Source of the DNA: Octopus sinensis
Lineage: Eukaryota
DNA: 64,000 nucleotides
Direction: 5' to 3'
NCBI RefSeq assembly: GCF_006345805.1
Contig: NC_043000.1
Span: 108,686,001 to 108,750,000, forward strand
Position numbers and translations under genes: made by a program. Shown one piece after another: positions 1 through 14,300 of this stretch. Under the pieces are notes generated by a model. That model saw only the letters and a program-made list of their open reading frames with translations. It made no database searches and was not told where the DNA came from. The number at the start of each line of letters is the position of its first letter. Position 1 is the stretch's first letter.

Positions 1-920
1 GACCAGGGTGGAAGACGCTTAATAGCAATAGAAGAATGTGTACAGATGGAAAGAGAAAGTCTAGTAGAGTATTTACAGAGCAGCACAGAAAAACTACTGA
101 AGACAGTTAAGAGAGAACAGGTGATGAAGCGCGTCATAGGAGAAAAAGACAAGAATGAAATACAAAGAGAGCATATCAGACAGATCAAAGAGAAACCTGT
201 GCATGGCCAATTTTGGAGACCCACTTAAGACACATGTGGAATAAAATCCTGAGCTTGGTTAAAATAAGAAACAGATAGCCTAATCATAACATTCCAAGAT
301 AAGCGATAAAAAAAAAACAACTTGAGAAAAAATATACATGGAGAGAGTGTGTCATAAAAATATAGAGGCTGTGGAACTTGGAATGAGACAGTGGCAGAAT
401 GTCCCAAGTTGGCACAGGAAAAATATAAGGAATGGAGGTATGACCAGTTTTACACTGGAAACTGTACCAAAATTGGAGATCTGAAGCTGGAAACACATGG
501 TACAATCATCGAGTTGAAAGAGTCCTAGAGTTGGAGAAATGGAAGATTTTGTGAGACTTTCCTATTCAAATGGAGGACAAGAAATTAGAAAACAATAGAC
601 CAGACTTATAAATAAGGAAAAGCAAAGTTGCTTACTTATCAACCCATCACACCCATTTGATTCCAGGATAGTCAAGAAAGAGGAAGGAAAACAAAAAAAT
701 ACAATCCCTTAAAATTTTAAATAGAAAGAACTTGGAGCATGCGAACAGTAAAGGCCTGCCTGGTAGAGCTCCTATAGAAAATTTGTCTCTTGGGGACAGC
801 AAGGATTATCAGGAAGGTTCTAAGCACTTGAAAGACTGCTGAAAACTTGTGGATAGCTAAGGTTACAGGTAGTACCCCATTACCCACATAAATCCCACCA
901 GGAATAAGACCAAACCTGAG
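1..920 (+). mobile_element. Degenerate R4/Dong-type non-LTR retrotransposon 3' end (restriction-like endonuclease region)
   Basis: Frameshifted translation gives KPVHGQF, CPKLAQEKYK, NNRPDL, HPFDSRIVKKEE and LGTARIIRKVL*, the typical C-terminus of RLE-type LINEs. Confidence 0.75.
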
Positions 921-2044
921 CCAAGTTTCAAATTTTGGCACAAGGCCAGTAATTCTTTTGGGGGTGGGGAGGGCAAGTAAGTTAATTACATCAATCCCAG
1001 TACTGCACTGGTCCCTATTTTATCAACCCTGAAAGGATGAAAGGCAAAGTTAACCACAGCATAATTTGAACTCAAAACATAAAGATGGACGAAATGGCCC
1101 TAAACATTTTGCCAGCTTGCCACTTTAATAGCAATAATAATAAAATTAGAGGAATCTGAGAAGCTTTTTATTAGGTCTGATTTGTTGTGAGGTGTGCAAC
1201 AAACGCTGTAGTTGATGTGTCTTGTTCTGGTTAGATGATGGGGTTTAGAGGAACTTATTTGGGCACTGCTATTTGAGATGCTTGCCCTCCTCTGCTCTAG
1301 CTAAGTGAGGAGAGAGAGAGAAGCATGTTGTAATGGGGATGGGGAACTTACACACACATGTAAACAGGCAAAGAGGAAAAAAAATGAGGGGCAAAAAAAA
1401 AAGAAGAGAAGAAAGGAATTCCTCCCATCTTTGCAGTTTATGAGCAAGAACACACATCTCTACAGATGGTCCTCTGGCTGTCTAATGATATAACAACAGT
1501 AATAGTCTTAGGTAGAAATCAAGGACAGAGTGTGTGTGTGTGGAAGATGCGGGTAGGTTTTACTGATTCACACTCACTGTTGAAAAACTCAGACCTATTG
1601 CACCACACACACACATACTTATGTACTGTTGTAAACCCACATGTGGCAGAGACAGTTTATACATTATGAAAAAAAAAAAAATAGGGGGTAGGGATCCTTC
1701 TTTCTTTTGTAAGTTAGGGAAGTTGGAAACTCAAGACACTTGTAAAGTGGTGGGAAAATTCATAGATACATTAGTGCAGCCGGCAGTCTGAAGGAGGAGG
1801 GGGGAAGAGGATGAGATGGTAGTGTGAAGAGGAAGTTGTTTGTTTTAACAGAAGGTGATGGTGGAGGAGCAGAAGAACAGAAAAATAGGTTCTGGAGCAT
1901 TTATTTACTTTTGAGTTTCAACATTAAAATTCTGAGTTCAAATCCCTGTCAGAATAGACTTTACCTCCCACCTCTGCAGAGTACCAACATTAGATGGGAA
2001 AGGAAAGCCATGAGGATTGAAAAGAAGGCAAACAATTTATTTGA

Positions 2045-2259
2045 TCCTTTTGTTACCAAATTTCTGTTAAAATATTCTACCTTTTGTTTTAATTCATTTT
2101 AGAATTCATGAAGAATTTAAGAAACTAATTTTGTTTTTAAGCTGCTATTTGGAACATAACAAGGAATTTTGATGGAAGATTTAAATTTAGATCACTTTAA
2201 AATAGGTAATTCGTATCACAGAACCAAGGGCAGTCTCAGGTAGACTTGTATCAACAGGG
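2045..2259. mobile_element. Degenerate piggyBac-like MITE
   Basis: Right end tatcaacaggg|ttaa and left end ttga|tccttttgttacca form decayed TIRs. Confidence 0.45.
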
Positions 2260-4269
2260 TTAATAAAATTCAGATGATTGTTAGACTTTTACAACTTGTC
2301 CAACACCATGGCAACTGATGAGGAGGAGAGAAGAGTTACATGGATGTAAACTGTATATTGCTCCCTGAATACCTAAACCCAACTCATTTGAGGGATCATT
2401 TCTTTTTCTTTTTGCACAAGTATTTGATGACTTCACCAGAGGTGGTACCACGAAAAAGAGTACCCAATACACCCAGTGGTTGGTGTTAGGAAGGGTTTAC
2501 AGCTGTAGAAACCATGCAAAAGCAGCCATTGGAGCTGAGCGCAACCATCTGCTTTGCTGGTTCCTGTTGAACCATCCAACAGAGGAAGAAAAGATGTTAA
2601 ATGATGATTGCAGTGGTGGGAAGACTAATTTTATTTTGTGTGTGTGGAGAGGGGGCAGTATCTGCTATTTGTCAGTTTGAGCACATACTTATTTCTACAT
2701 GATGATTTCCACTTATAATCATAAAGGCTTTTGGATTTCGTTAGTCTACACTGAATTCCATAAGCATGTTGACTTCAGATTTTACTGAGGTCATCTTTGC
2801 CTTCATCCATTTCAGTATCAATCAAATAAATTACACCATCCTACCCCAAGTTATGTGGTTTATTGCTTTTATTCAGAGATCCACTACAAAGTGGTTGTGG
2901 CAACACTTTCTTCTTTGGTCAAACCCTGCAGTAACAAGAATAATGGCATGAGTGAATGATTTGATTCTCAGCACATACTTATGGTTGGTGGTCAGGGTGA
3001 TCCTGGATCTGCGGGGTTCTTTAACTGGCCTTAGTTGGAGGAGCTCCTACATCAGAACTGTATCATCAACCTATTTGTATTTGTACTTTTCAAATTTGTT
3101 TGATTCATATGTAAATCTTCCACACTTTATATATCAGCAGACTGGATACTGGTGCTGGTGCCACATAAAAAGTGGTTGGTATGAAGAAGAGAATCCACCC
3201 ATAGAAACCATGTCAGAACAGAGAATGGAGCCTGATGTGGGCCCTGGCCTTAAGGGCTCCAGTCAAACCACCCACTCCATGCCAGCATGGAAAATGGACA
3301 TTAAATGGTGATGATGACTTGTGTTTAAATTGCACCCAAACCATGGTGTGAAATCTTGATACAAAATCTTTTCCCTTCCTAAGTTTTAGCTTTGCCCAGA
3401 GTGCAAGTAAAAAATCAAGCATAAAACAGTATGAAATGATTAAATGAGGGAACTTGTCTTCATTCAATGTCCCTATCCTCCAATGTTCCCGTGGTAATTA
3501 AAATAAATTTTAGCTGTTATTAATTCATTCAGGCAGAAATGATAGCATGTTGGACCAATGTTGGCTGTATGGTAAAAAGCTTATTCCCAACCTCACAATT
3601 CTGGGTTCAATCCAGTTGCATGACACCTTGGGCAAGTGTCTATTACCATAGCCTTGGATTGACCAAAGCCCTATGAATGGATTTGGTAGATGGAAACTGA
3701 AAGAAGCCCATCATATGTGTATGTGTGTATGTATATATATATATATATATATACCTGTGCCTTAGCTGTTTGGCAAATAAGACTGATAGGATATGAACAA
3801 GGCTTTAGAAAAAATTTGCATTTCATCTGCTGGGGTTGACTTCTCTCATTGCTCATCCTAACACCCATCCGCAAACAAATAAGCAATAATCATCTACTGG
3901 AGCCGACCGAATCAACTGCACTGCCCCAAACATTACAATTAGAGGGGGGGGGGGCTGTGCTATTGCATGAAATCATTATTATCTATTCCCTCCTGGCTCC
4001 TTAGTTTTATTGTTAGCATTTCTGTTATTCTTGCTGTTTGTTATCATGCTGTTCTTCTTAAAGCTTTTAAAAAAAAATTCAAAAATAATCGTTGGGAATA
4101 TACTGTAATTCTGCACCTCACACATCTTCCTCGTTAACAGATTTTTTTTATCCTTTCAGCTGCCAACAAATTATCTCATTAAAACAGACTGCATCTGTTG
4201 CAGATTTAATTATGACACAGCAACAACAACAACTATTATTATTATTGTTATCATTATTATTATTAAGAT

Positions 4270-4690
4270 GGCAAGCTGGCAGAATTGTTAGCACATCGGA
4301 CAAAATGCTCTGTAGCATTTTGTTCATCTTTATGTACTGAGTTCAAATTCCACTGAGGTTGATTTTGCCTTTCATCCTTTCAGGGTCAATAAAATAAATA
4401 CCTATTTCTTTATTACCCACAAGGGGCTAAACATAGAAGGGACAAAGACAGACATAGGTATTAAGTCGATTACATCGACTCCAGTGCGTAACTGGTACTT
4501 ATTGACCCCGAAAGGATGAAAGGCAAAGTCGACCTCGGCGGAATTTGAACTCACAACGTAACAACACACGAATTACGGCTACGCATTTCGCCCGGCGTGC
4601 TAACGTTTCTGCCAGCTCGCCGCCTTCAATAAAATAAATACCAGTTGATCACTGGGGTCGATGTAATCAACACCCTATTCTACTGGCCTT
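4270..4690 (+). mobile_element. Older tRNA-derived SINE interrupted by the 4403-4625 insertion
   Basis: Head gctggcagaattgttagca...gagttcaaattccactgaggttgattttgcctttcatcc; the element resumes after the TSD with cagttgatcactggggtcgatgtaatc. Confidence 0.75.
4403..4625 (-). mobile_element. Young tRNA-derived SINE with a perfect 17-bp TSD, nested in an older related SINE
   Basis: TSD tcaataaaataaatacc at 4386-4402 and 4626-4642. The head has A-box-like tggcagaaacgttag and B-box-like gagttcaaattcc. Confidence 0.9.
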
Positions 4691-4834
4691 GTGCCAAAAT
4701 TCAAAATCCATTGTTGTTGTTGTTATCATGATGATGCTGGAAACGTGCCGCTCCTCCCCTATCATCATGAATGTTGGGTAATAACCAAAAGAGTACAATT
4801 GTGAATACAAGTGACCAAAATGGGGAGCATCTGA

Positions 4835-5060
4835 AGGATTTCTGGAATGACATTACTCGACAAGGTATAAAGCTCAGAGATCAAGGTTGATCTCCAGGGT
4901 CAGCCATTATTTCTCTGCACTGAGAGGTCACAGCTCTGATATGTTGCAGGAAAGAATCACAAGATAAATTCTTCAAACCAGGCTGAATGGCAGGAGATCT
5001 AGGGTTAGAACAAGAATTTGATGGTTGCACAGTTCATAGTTTGAGTTGGTCACTCTTAGG
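4835..5060 (+). mobile_element. Degenerate RTE-type LINE 3' coding fragment
   Basis: ISGMTLLDKV.SSEI...QPLFL.TERSQL and ERIT..ILQTRLNGRRSR resemble the RTE C-terminus. Confidence 0.5.
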
Positions 5061-7500
5061 AATCGAGCATAAAAGTGTAAAATATGGATAAGGTAACTGA
5101 GAACTCTATCCCGACAACTTTCACAGGAACAGAACCACACATTTTATTGGGTAAGAAGAAGAGCTGTAATAGTTATATCAATCTCGTGCATGACCCATAC
5201 ATATTTTAGTAGCCCTAAAATACTAAAAATAGTGAACAACTGTTACTATATACAACCTGGCAGTTTGGTGCTCTACTCCACCCATTCTCCACCCTGATGA
5301 TATATTCATATAGGGACCACAAATTTTTTGATAGTGGGACGGGAGGGAATACAGTGGTGGTTTTTTTAAATCAAAGATGAAAGACAGCAAAGTCAACATT
5401 TACAGAATTTAAAAGAATGAATTACGAAAATAAGATTTAATCCCAAACTACCATTCCTGACGTCCCATCATTTTGTAGTAGTAGTAGTGGCAATAGCAGA
5501 AAGAGAGGATTTTTGTATTAGTCACAGGTTCCAAGATGTTGGGGACTGTACAAAGGTGGATCGCTTGGCAAAACAACAAAAAAAAATAAAAACAGTACAG
5601 AAATTTACAGTGCGTTAAGGATGGGGGGAGGGGGTGCGTTGCCACAACAATCAGGATACATCATCGCATCATTCACTTTATCCATGCTTATATGAGTTGG
5701 GCAGTGTTTAGTGAAGCAGATTTTCTACAGCTGGATGCCTTTTATGTTGCCAACCCTCACATTTCCCAAAGTAAGATAATTTCTTTGAGACTCCTGTCTC
5801 AGGTGCCAAGCAGTGCACTGAAGTTGAAACCATGTGGCTAAGAAGCAAACATTTTACCATATGGTTAATAAGCAACAGAACCAACAAAATGAGGGCTACA
5901 AGAGCTTCTTCGAAATTAAAGAGGAGCCAGAAAGAGTAATTTGGAACATTCCAGAATAATAGGAAGACCTTGGAACAGAGGTCTTCCTCAATAAATATTT
6001 GGCCTTACAAGTGAAGGTATATGTGATTGAGATGTTGTACTGAAGACTTGTCTCATGCAAACCAACATCAAAAAAACCAAAAAAAACCAACAAGATAAAG
6101 ATTGCATAGAAAGGAGTAGAACTACAAAAAGTAGATAAATTAAGGTCTGTTGGATTGTCTGTCTGTTTCTTGCTCTCAGAGATAAGACAAAATTGACATC
6201 AAAGTTATCAAATCCTTGTTGCCATCGCTATCAAATGATATCTTAGCTAGCTTGTCTAGTTTCCCTGTCTCCAAGCAGAAAAGATGACAAGAGGCATCTA
6301 ACACATCCATCTTTCTCTTCACAAAGATAAACAGGAAAAAAAAAATAGTGAAATGAAATAACCATCTTTACCCAAGGCAAAATATTATTTGATTTTGTGC
6401 GCACGTACACACACATGGATGTGGGTGTCTTTGTGTTCGTACACGCACCATCACTTGGCAACTGATGTTAACTCAGAGGTTCAGCAAAAGAGACTGAGAG
6501 AATAAGTACCAGGCCTACAAAGAATAAATCCTGGGGTCAATTTGTTCAACTAAAAGGTGATGCTCCTCATGGCTGCAGTCAAATGACTGATGCAAATAAA
6601 AATATGTATGTATGTATGTGTGCGTGTATGTATTTGTAAGTTTGGTGGTGTTGCAAACAGGAAAATAACTGATCCCTTGGGTCACCCTGTAATTTCTGTT
6701 GATTATTAATATGCATAATATATAGTGTGCATGCACGCACACACACACATGAACACAAATGCAGATGTGTGTGAATGCATGTATGGAGTGAGTGAGTATG
6801 TGTCTACTGGAAATCCCCTTGCATATATACAAGATAATCCCTTGCTCCAAGAAGGCAAGCAAACACCCATGCACCTCATGCATTTATAATGAAATTATCA
6901 GATCATATATCTGTATAATGTAGATAAGATAATTGAATAGATCACATGCTAGCATCTTTATATTAATGATTATGTCCCTAGCTTCATAAACGGTGTAAAG
7001 AAGTGGATCACCAACTTGCAATATATGCATAGCAAAGTGAAAGAGTCATTTGGAAACAGGCAACAGGAAGATTATCTAGCTTTAGAAAATTTACAATCCA
7101 TGCAAGCATAAAGAAACAGATATTCTACACATACACATGGTAAAGATGTTTTACACTAAACATGTCATATTGAAAACACAGCTGTCTTCCCATTTTTCCA
7201 TTGAGGGCCACCTATCTTAATATTAGTCCTCCTTTTGTCTTTATTTTAGAACAATAATACAGCAGCAAAGTCTGTCACTGTCTCCAAAATAGTTTGGGAG
7301 TAGAATGGATCCAACTCTATGTTGGGCCTTTTCTCTCCATTACGATGTTGATCCTGATTGCTTCAAAGGTAGAGATGGTTTCATAGCAAACACTGCACTG
7401 CACTGAGCTGAGCTCTATTCAGTGCCAGCAATTTGCATGTTTTCAGTTTCATATTGCAGATTTTCAAGTAGATCTTTAGAGTGTCCCTATAACAGTGCAG

Positions 7501-7777
7501 TGGGCAGCCTTAGTGCCTAGCATCAGAGCTAAACTGACCATAAAAGGGGGCTTTAGGTAAGCGAGTGTCTTTCATGCATACTGCATGGCCAACCCGTCTC
7601 GGTTGTCACATCTTAGAAGAGCCTGTGTTGGAGAACACAGGCTCTTCCAAGATGTGACATTCTAGGCATAGGGAACCGAGACAGGTTGGCCAAGCGGTAT
7701 GCATGAAAGACACTCGCTTACCTAAAGCCCCCTTTTATGGTCAGTTTAGCTCTGATGCTAGGCACTAAGGCTGCCCA
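7501..7777. repeat. 277-bp near-perfect inverted repeat (foldback)
   Basis: 7501-7604 pairs with 7674-7777 (3 mismatches in 104); 7605-7629 pairs with 7634-7658 (1 mismatch in 25); 4-nt loop GGAG; 15-nt one-sided bulge at 7659-7673. Confidence 0.95.
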
Positions 7778-8721
7778 TTTGATGTTGCAAATTGTATGAA
7801 TACAGTAAAGATGGAATGAGTCTAGCCATTTAATATGGCAACAACTGGATCTGTAAATCCCAAAGAGGTCTTAATTCTCACATGAGATGACACAATAAAA
7901 CATAGAACTAGAAACATTGTGTTCTGCTGAAACCCACTTCAGTGGTGACAGAGTTCAATTTACCAAATGAAAAAAAGAAAATAAATTCAACCCTAAGAGA
8001 ATGAAAGATGACTTTGAGCAAAAACACTCAGAGAGGATCAGCACCACTGGATTACATCCATGCTTGCTAATGGACATAAATGTGGTTTCAGCATTTGTGT
8101 CGATGTTATTGTCATTAACACCATTCCCATGATTTCTGTCCACTTTAAAAAGATTTCTTCAAAAAGAGAAAGTCTAGAAATATAGATATGGACCTCTGAA
8201 TAGTATTGTTCAAAACTAAATATGGATAAAGTAAAAAAGCAAAAGTCTAATAAAAAAAAATCCCAGAGAAGATAATATTTAAGTACAGCCATATTTCCAA
8301 AATACCTCCCCTCCCCCACCAAACATCAACAATAAGGAACTTTAAAGTTATCAAATGATATATATCGCATTTCATGTAGAGTATGAGCTGAAACATAGAC
8401 AGACAGACAGACACACATCCTGCAACAGATACTCTAATATGATAACATAATCCACCACATGAAAAGGAAACTAGATGAGGGTTTATTACAGGGTCACCAA
8501 ATGGTACCAAGTATATCAGATTTATCAGATGATGTTGTACATAACCCAATATACATTACACTCCATTGATGATGAGGATGGAGAGGGGCAAACATGATGG
8601 TTAAAATTAGTTTATTATATAGTAATATAAATATTGTAAATATCTCGTCACTAATTGGTTTGTGGTGGTGGTGGTGGCTTCAGATAACTATAACCAGTTG
8701 TCTAGTTTTTTTTTTTGTATA

Positions 8722-8923
8722 TTCTTTTATTTATTTCAGTCATTTGCAGCCATGCTGGAGCACCACCTTTGGTCAGACAAATCAACCCCAGAACTTATTC
8801 TATCGGTTTCTTTTGCTGAACTGCTAGGTTACAGGAATATAAACACACCAGCAGCAGTTGTCAAGCGATGGTGGGGGGACAAACACAGACTCACAAACAT
8901 ACACACACACACACATATATATA

Positions 8924-8970
<47 letters not shown>

Positions 8971-9104
8971 ACACATATATATACGATGGGCTTCTTTCAG
9001 TCTCCCTCTACCAAATACATTCAAAAGGCTTCCCCAAGACACTTCCCCAAGGTTCCATGCTGTGGCACTGAACCCTGAACCATGTGGTTGGTAAGCAAGC
9101 TACT
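8722..9104 (-). mobile_element. Second SINE family with a tRNA-like head and internal (TA)n/(CA)n; representative copy
   Basis: Head ...ggttcagggttcagtgccacagc... and body gactgaaagaagcccatcg; related pieces recur near 3570, 12350, 17160, 22130, 24050, 28460, 32090, 33510, 35240, 43020, 50520, 53020 and 56950. Confidence 0.75.
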
Positions 9105-10911
9105 CCTGCACTTATATGTATGTTAGGTATTTGTCGCCTGACTGGCTCCCGTGCCAATGGCATGTAAAAGCACCATCCAAACGTGGCCAATGCCAGTACC
9201 CACTGACTGGCTCCTGTGTCGGTGGCACATAAAAAGCACCCAATACACTCGGAGTGGTTGGCATTAGGAAGGGCATCCAGCTGTAGAAACACTGCCAGAT
9301 CAGATTGGAGTCTGGTGCAGCTACTGGCTCTCCAGACTTCAGTCAAATTGTCCAAGCCATGTCAGCATGGAAAATGGACATTAAATGATTGTAATGGTGA
9401 TGATGATAACATACATATATATATACACATGTATACATACACATATCTACATAAACATACAAACATATACACATGTATACATACACATATATATCTACAT
9501 ATACACATGTATATATATATTTTCAAAATGTAACCACATGTGAATCATTGGCAATTTTCTTCCTTTTCTTTTGGATCTTCCTGTTTCTGAAGAAGAGCTC
9601 TGTTCAAAATGTAAAACCACTTTTCTTTCCTTCCCTGAGCATCTGCTAATACTTTATACATGTACTACATCCTTCGTTTGTTCTTCATTTTTGGGGCTTT
9701 ACCATATATATATATATATATACATACATACACCTATATATACATCATCATCATCATTTGCTTCCATACTGGCATGGAAGGTGGATGTTTCACAAGAGCT
9801 GGCCAGGCAGAAGCCTGCACCAGACCTCTGTGACTGTTTTGGCAAGATTTTTACAGTTGGATGCCATTCAAAGCACCAACCACTTTACAGTGTGGACAGG
9901 GTGCTTTTAAGTGGCACCTGCACTGAGAGGGTCACCAAGTACTTGCAAGACAAAAAACAAACAAAAAGAAAAAAGAGAGGGGAGGGGGCTTTGGAGGAGG
10001 TGATCTTGTGTCAGATGATGAAAGGTTATAGTGAGGCCAGAGAGACAGAAAGGAGTGTCTTGCTGTAGAAGTGGGGCACAAGGTTACCCAGCCAGAGAGA
10101 GAGAGAGATCAGGAATGAAGAGAGAAACAGGTGCGCTACCGCAAAGGAAATACATGGTTACCCAACATGAAGGAAGCACAGGAAAAGGAGAGAGAGAGAG
10201 AGAAGGAGACAGCAACAACATACAAAGAATTATGACCATTGTCAAATGGAAAGAGCTGGCAGAATTGCTAGCCTCGGAGGCAAAATGCTTTCTGTTATTT
10301 CTTTTGGCTTTTTACATTCTGGGCTGAAATCCTGCTGAGGTCAACTTTGCCCACCATCACCACCACTACCACCGCTATGATTAATCCTACAGCAATCACC
10401 GCCCTTGTTCCTTCCCTTCTAGATTCTTGTTTTGTTTTTATATCAAATTAATTCGTTAGCCAATGAGACCTGCTGATAAGCTTTTTCACTCTATCTGTTA
10501 CAGCACCCGTAACACCAACAGCAAAAGTAACACCCTGTGTTTTAATTATACAACTACCACCTTTTTCTTTTCCCCTTTTCTCAAAAGTGGTAAAATGACA
10601 AAAAGAAACGAGAAAAAAGATGGCGAGAAAATGGAGGAAGAGGTGGGAGAGAGAAATAATTTTAGAAGATAATTGCCTTCTATAGTTACAAATAAAACAT
10701 TTTTGCAGAAATGTGTAAAAGCTAAGTTAACCATACCGTCTTTTGAAGGGGGCAATGAGCCAGAAGAAGAGGAGGTGATGATGATGAAGATTATAGCATT
10801 GCCCACCCCTCTTCCTGCCTCTACCTCACCACTCTTACTGAAACTCATCAGCAGAGCAATTAGTGAGCTGACTTGAGTATGTAAAGAGATAAAATATCTA
10901 CTATACAAGGA

Positions 10912-10984
<73 letters not shown>

Positions 10985-11333
10985 TGCATACACTCATACA
11001 CACATATCTCCACGTGTGTGTGTGTATATATATATATATATCTCCATTCACACATACATAAAATAGGAAAAGCTGTATTACCCTCCTACTTACTGCTGCA
11101 TTTGAGACCCTAAAAAGGAAATTACTTTTCTTAACATGGATCTTATATTTCACTGTGTATTTTCTCTGTACATCATAACAAAAATAAGGTTATTTTAAAA
11201 GGGCCCCATATGTATGTATATATGTTTGCAAGTCTTTAATCTAACAAAAGCACTCCTTGCTTTCTTTCAGAAACTAACTATAAACAAACCGCAACATTCT
11301 CATCCTTGTCAACGCTGTTGCTGCTGCTGCTGC

Positions 11334-11369
<36 letters not shown>

Positions 11370-14300
11370 CATTTTCACTAGTTTCATGTCATTTCAGCCC
11401 TCACCACTTCAGCTGTTGGATGGATATGTAACACTGACGAGGCTAGATTTGTTTGTTTCTTTTTTTTTTTTTCCCTTGTTAATATTTCCCTCTTGTGTTA
11501 TTTCCAATGCACCTTGACCCAACACATTGTAGTAACTCCTGAGTAATTCACCTGAATTGAGGTACAGACCTCAACTCCTCTGATTGCTGTATTATTACAA
11601 CACCAGAGGGCAGAAGTGTTAGCATGCTGGACAAAACGCTTAGTAGCATTTCCTCTGTGTTTACACTTTGAGTTCAAATCCCGCTGAGGCTGACTGTACC
11701 TTTCATCCTTTGGGGGTTTGATAAAATAAGTACCAGTTGATCACTGGGGTCAATGAAATCATCTATCCCACCCGCTCCAAAATTTCAAGCCTTGTGCCCG
11801 TGATAGAAACAACAATTATAACAACACTAAAGTCAAAATGGAGAACCTTCCTTCCTGAGGAACTGAAAGTGCTTTGCCAGCTTGAGAAAGGAATCCAACT
11901 GATTGACTCTTCTTCCCAAACAGTGGAAGGTTATTTATTAGCAGACATTGGTAATCCTTATTGTCACCATCATCATCATCATTTTACATCTATTTACTCT
12001 GTTGGCATTAGATGAGCAGATCGTGACAGTCCAAGTAAGCTCTTACTTAGAGTTATTGTTCTTCTAAGTGAGCCAGGAAACCATGTCTCACTTGTCTGTT
12101 TCTCATACTCCAGTTATATATATATCATCGTTGTTTTAATGTCCAAGAATTTGTTGAGGCAGATACTTTCTGGCTAGATGACCTGTTACCAGCCCTCATC
12201 TGTTTACAATTAAGGTAAATACTTTCTCATGACTAGACATGCTTTCAGAGAATGACTAAAAACGAAGGGCATTAGTTGCATGATGATAGCATTCGTTCCT
12301 GACTATCATGCAAGGACAAGGCAAGGAGACAATAACACACACATACATAATAAACTTTCAGTTTCCATCAATCAAATCCGCTCACAACCCTTTGGATGGC
12401 CCAGGGCCCTAGTAGAAGACATTTGCCCAAGATGCTGTGCAGTGGGACTGAACTTGAAACCATATGGTCATAAAGTGACCTTCTTAACAACAAAGCCACA
12501 CCTGAGCCAATATGTCTATAATCCAAGCAATATTTTAGTATTTGAAAAAGGTAAACATTGGAAGTTGGGTATTTTATGAAAGATAAGGTAGGAGGAATAT
12601 GAGAGAAAATGCTTGCCCAAGGGAACACAGCGAGGGTGTGTTGGGGATATAAAGGAAATAAAATCAAAACGATTTGAAAATGCCCTCCCTGACCAGGAAA
12701 TGTAGTTATAGAATACTCAAAGAGAAAAGGTGCTGGTGAGAGAGCTAAATCTCGACCATAACACAGAATATAGTTTTGTGGCAGAGTTAGTAGCAGAATT
12801 AGATGTAGAAAGAATGAATTCTGGAACAGCCTTGTTTGAAGATAATTTGTTTTCTCCAAATACACATCACACACATGACAGGCTTCCTTCAGTTTCCAAA
12901 ACCAAATCCACTCACAAGGTTTTGGTCAGCTTAGGACTAAAGAGGTGCCACACAATAAAATTGAACCTAAAACTATATAGTCAGGAATCAAATTTCCAAA
13001 TCACACTGCAATGCCTTTGCTTCACAGCACCCCCCAGCCACACCTCAGGGCAATTACATTTAACAAGAGACACCTTAGAAGGTAGATATTTCTTTAATGT
13101 ATCAGGGAGGCAGAGAAGATAGGCAACGGCAGTGATCTCGCGGAATCATTGAAGAATTAGAAAATACGTTTCAAGGTATTTCTTCCAGTTGTTCACATTT
13201 CAAGCTCCAATCCTGCTGAGATCAACTTTGCCTTTCATCCCTTGAGGGTCATTAAAATAAAGTACCACTTAAGTACTGAAGTTGATGAAATCGTCTAACC
13301 ACCTCCCCTAAAAATTACTATCCTTGTGCTTTAGTTACAAACCATTATTATTGCATCTACCCTTGTTTATCACAGCTTTTTGGTTCCAAAAAACAAAAAC
13401 GTTGTTAAATGAATCAGAGATGAATAAATGAAAATATGTGAAAAAAAAGGTTTCATTCTGAGGCCTGAAGTTCTCCTGAGCATTGTGAATGGTCACTTGG
13501 ACATGCTTTTGTGGTCCAAGCAGAATCTCTGACTGATCACTAACCCATGTTATCACAGATCAATTCAGTCTCTTTTGCAAATGTTTAATCAAATCTCTTT
13601 CCTCAACTAGAAACAAGAGTTTTTAAGTGACAGACTAATGCACTAAATGCATTATAGTACTAATTCCCCAACAGTCAGAGGTAGATAAATACCAGTCATA
13701 CACTGAGTGGGTTCCCCAAGCATATTGGTTTCAGGTTCAGTCCCACTGGGTGGCACCTTGAGCAAGTGTCTTTTAAAAAAAACTCTGGGCCAACCAATTC
13801 CTTGGTAAATAGAAACTGTGTTGAGGCTTTTTGTGTATGTGTGTCTTAATGTGTGTACTTGACGACGTTGGTTTGTTTATATCCCCATAATTCAGCAGTT
13901 TGGCGGAAAAAGGCTGATAGAATAAATTCCAGGCTTAAATAAGTACTGAAGTTGATTTGTTTCACTAAACAATTCAAGGAGGGAAAGGTGGTGCTCCAGC
14001 ATGGCAGTAGTCCAATGACTAAATCAAGACAAAAGGTCAATCCTTTCATCAGGATTCCAATTTCTTTCTTCATTCTTTTGTCTTTTCTATTGAGTCTTGG
14101 CAACACAAATGATTGTCTCCAGAGGCTGTTCACTTCATCTCTGCATACTTTCCTTTGTGGTGGCTGCCATGCCAAAATATACAATAACAGGGATAGTAAA
14201 AAAAAAAGACAAAAGCAATTTTTTTTTCACCTTTAAAGAGATTTTGTTGCTTTTTACTTCATTTTTTTTTTTACCCTTCTTTAACTATTTAAAGGAAAAG

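Noticed and set aside
4560-4625. tRNA-like A/B boxes
   Set aside because: These are SINE heads and do not form a cloverleaf, so no tRNA gene is called.
5961-5988. Perfect 10-bp inverted repeat with an 8-nt loop
   Set aside because: About one such hairpin is expected by chance in 64 kb; the same goes for the AT-rich 11-bp palindrome at 55004-55027.
10736-10880. Minus-strand open segment ending LPPSKD with G|GTATGG, considered as the CAP proline-rich exon
   Set aside because: No poly-proline or WH2 similarity, and no phase-0 acceptor to follow exon 19826.
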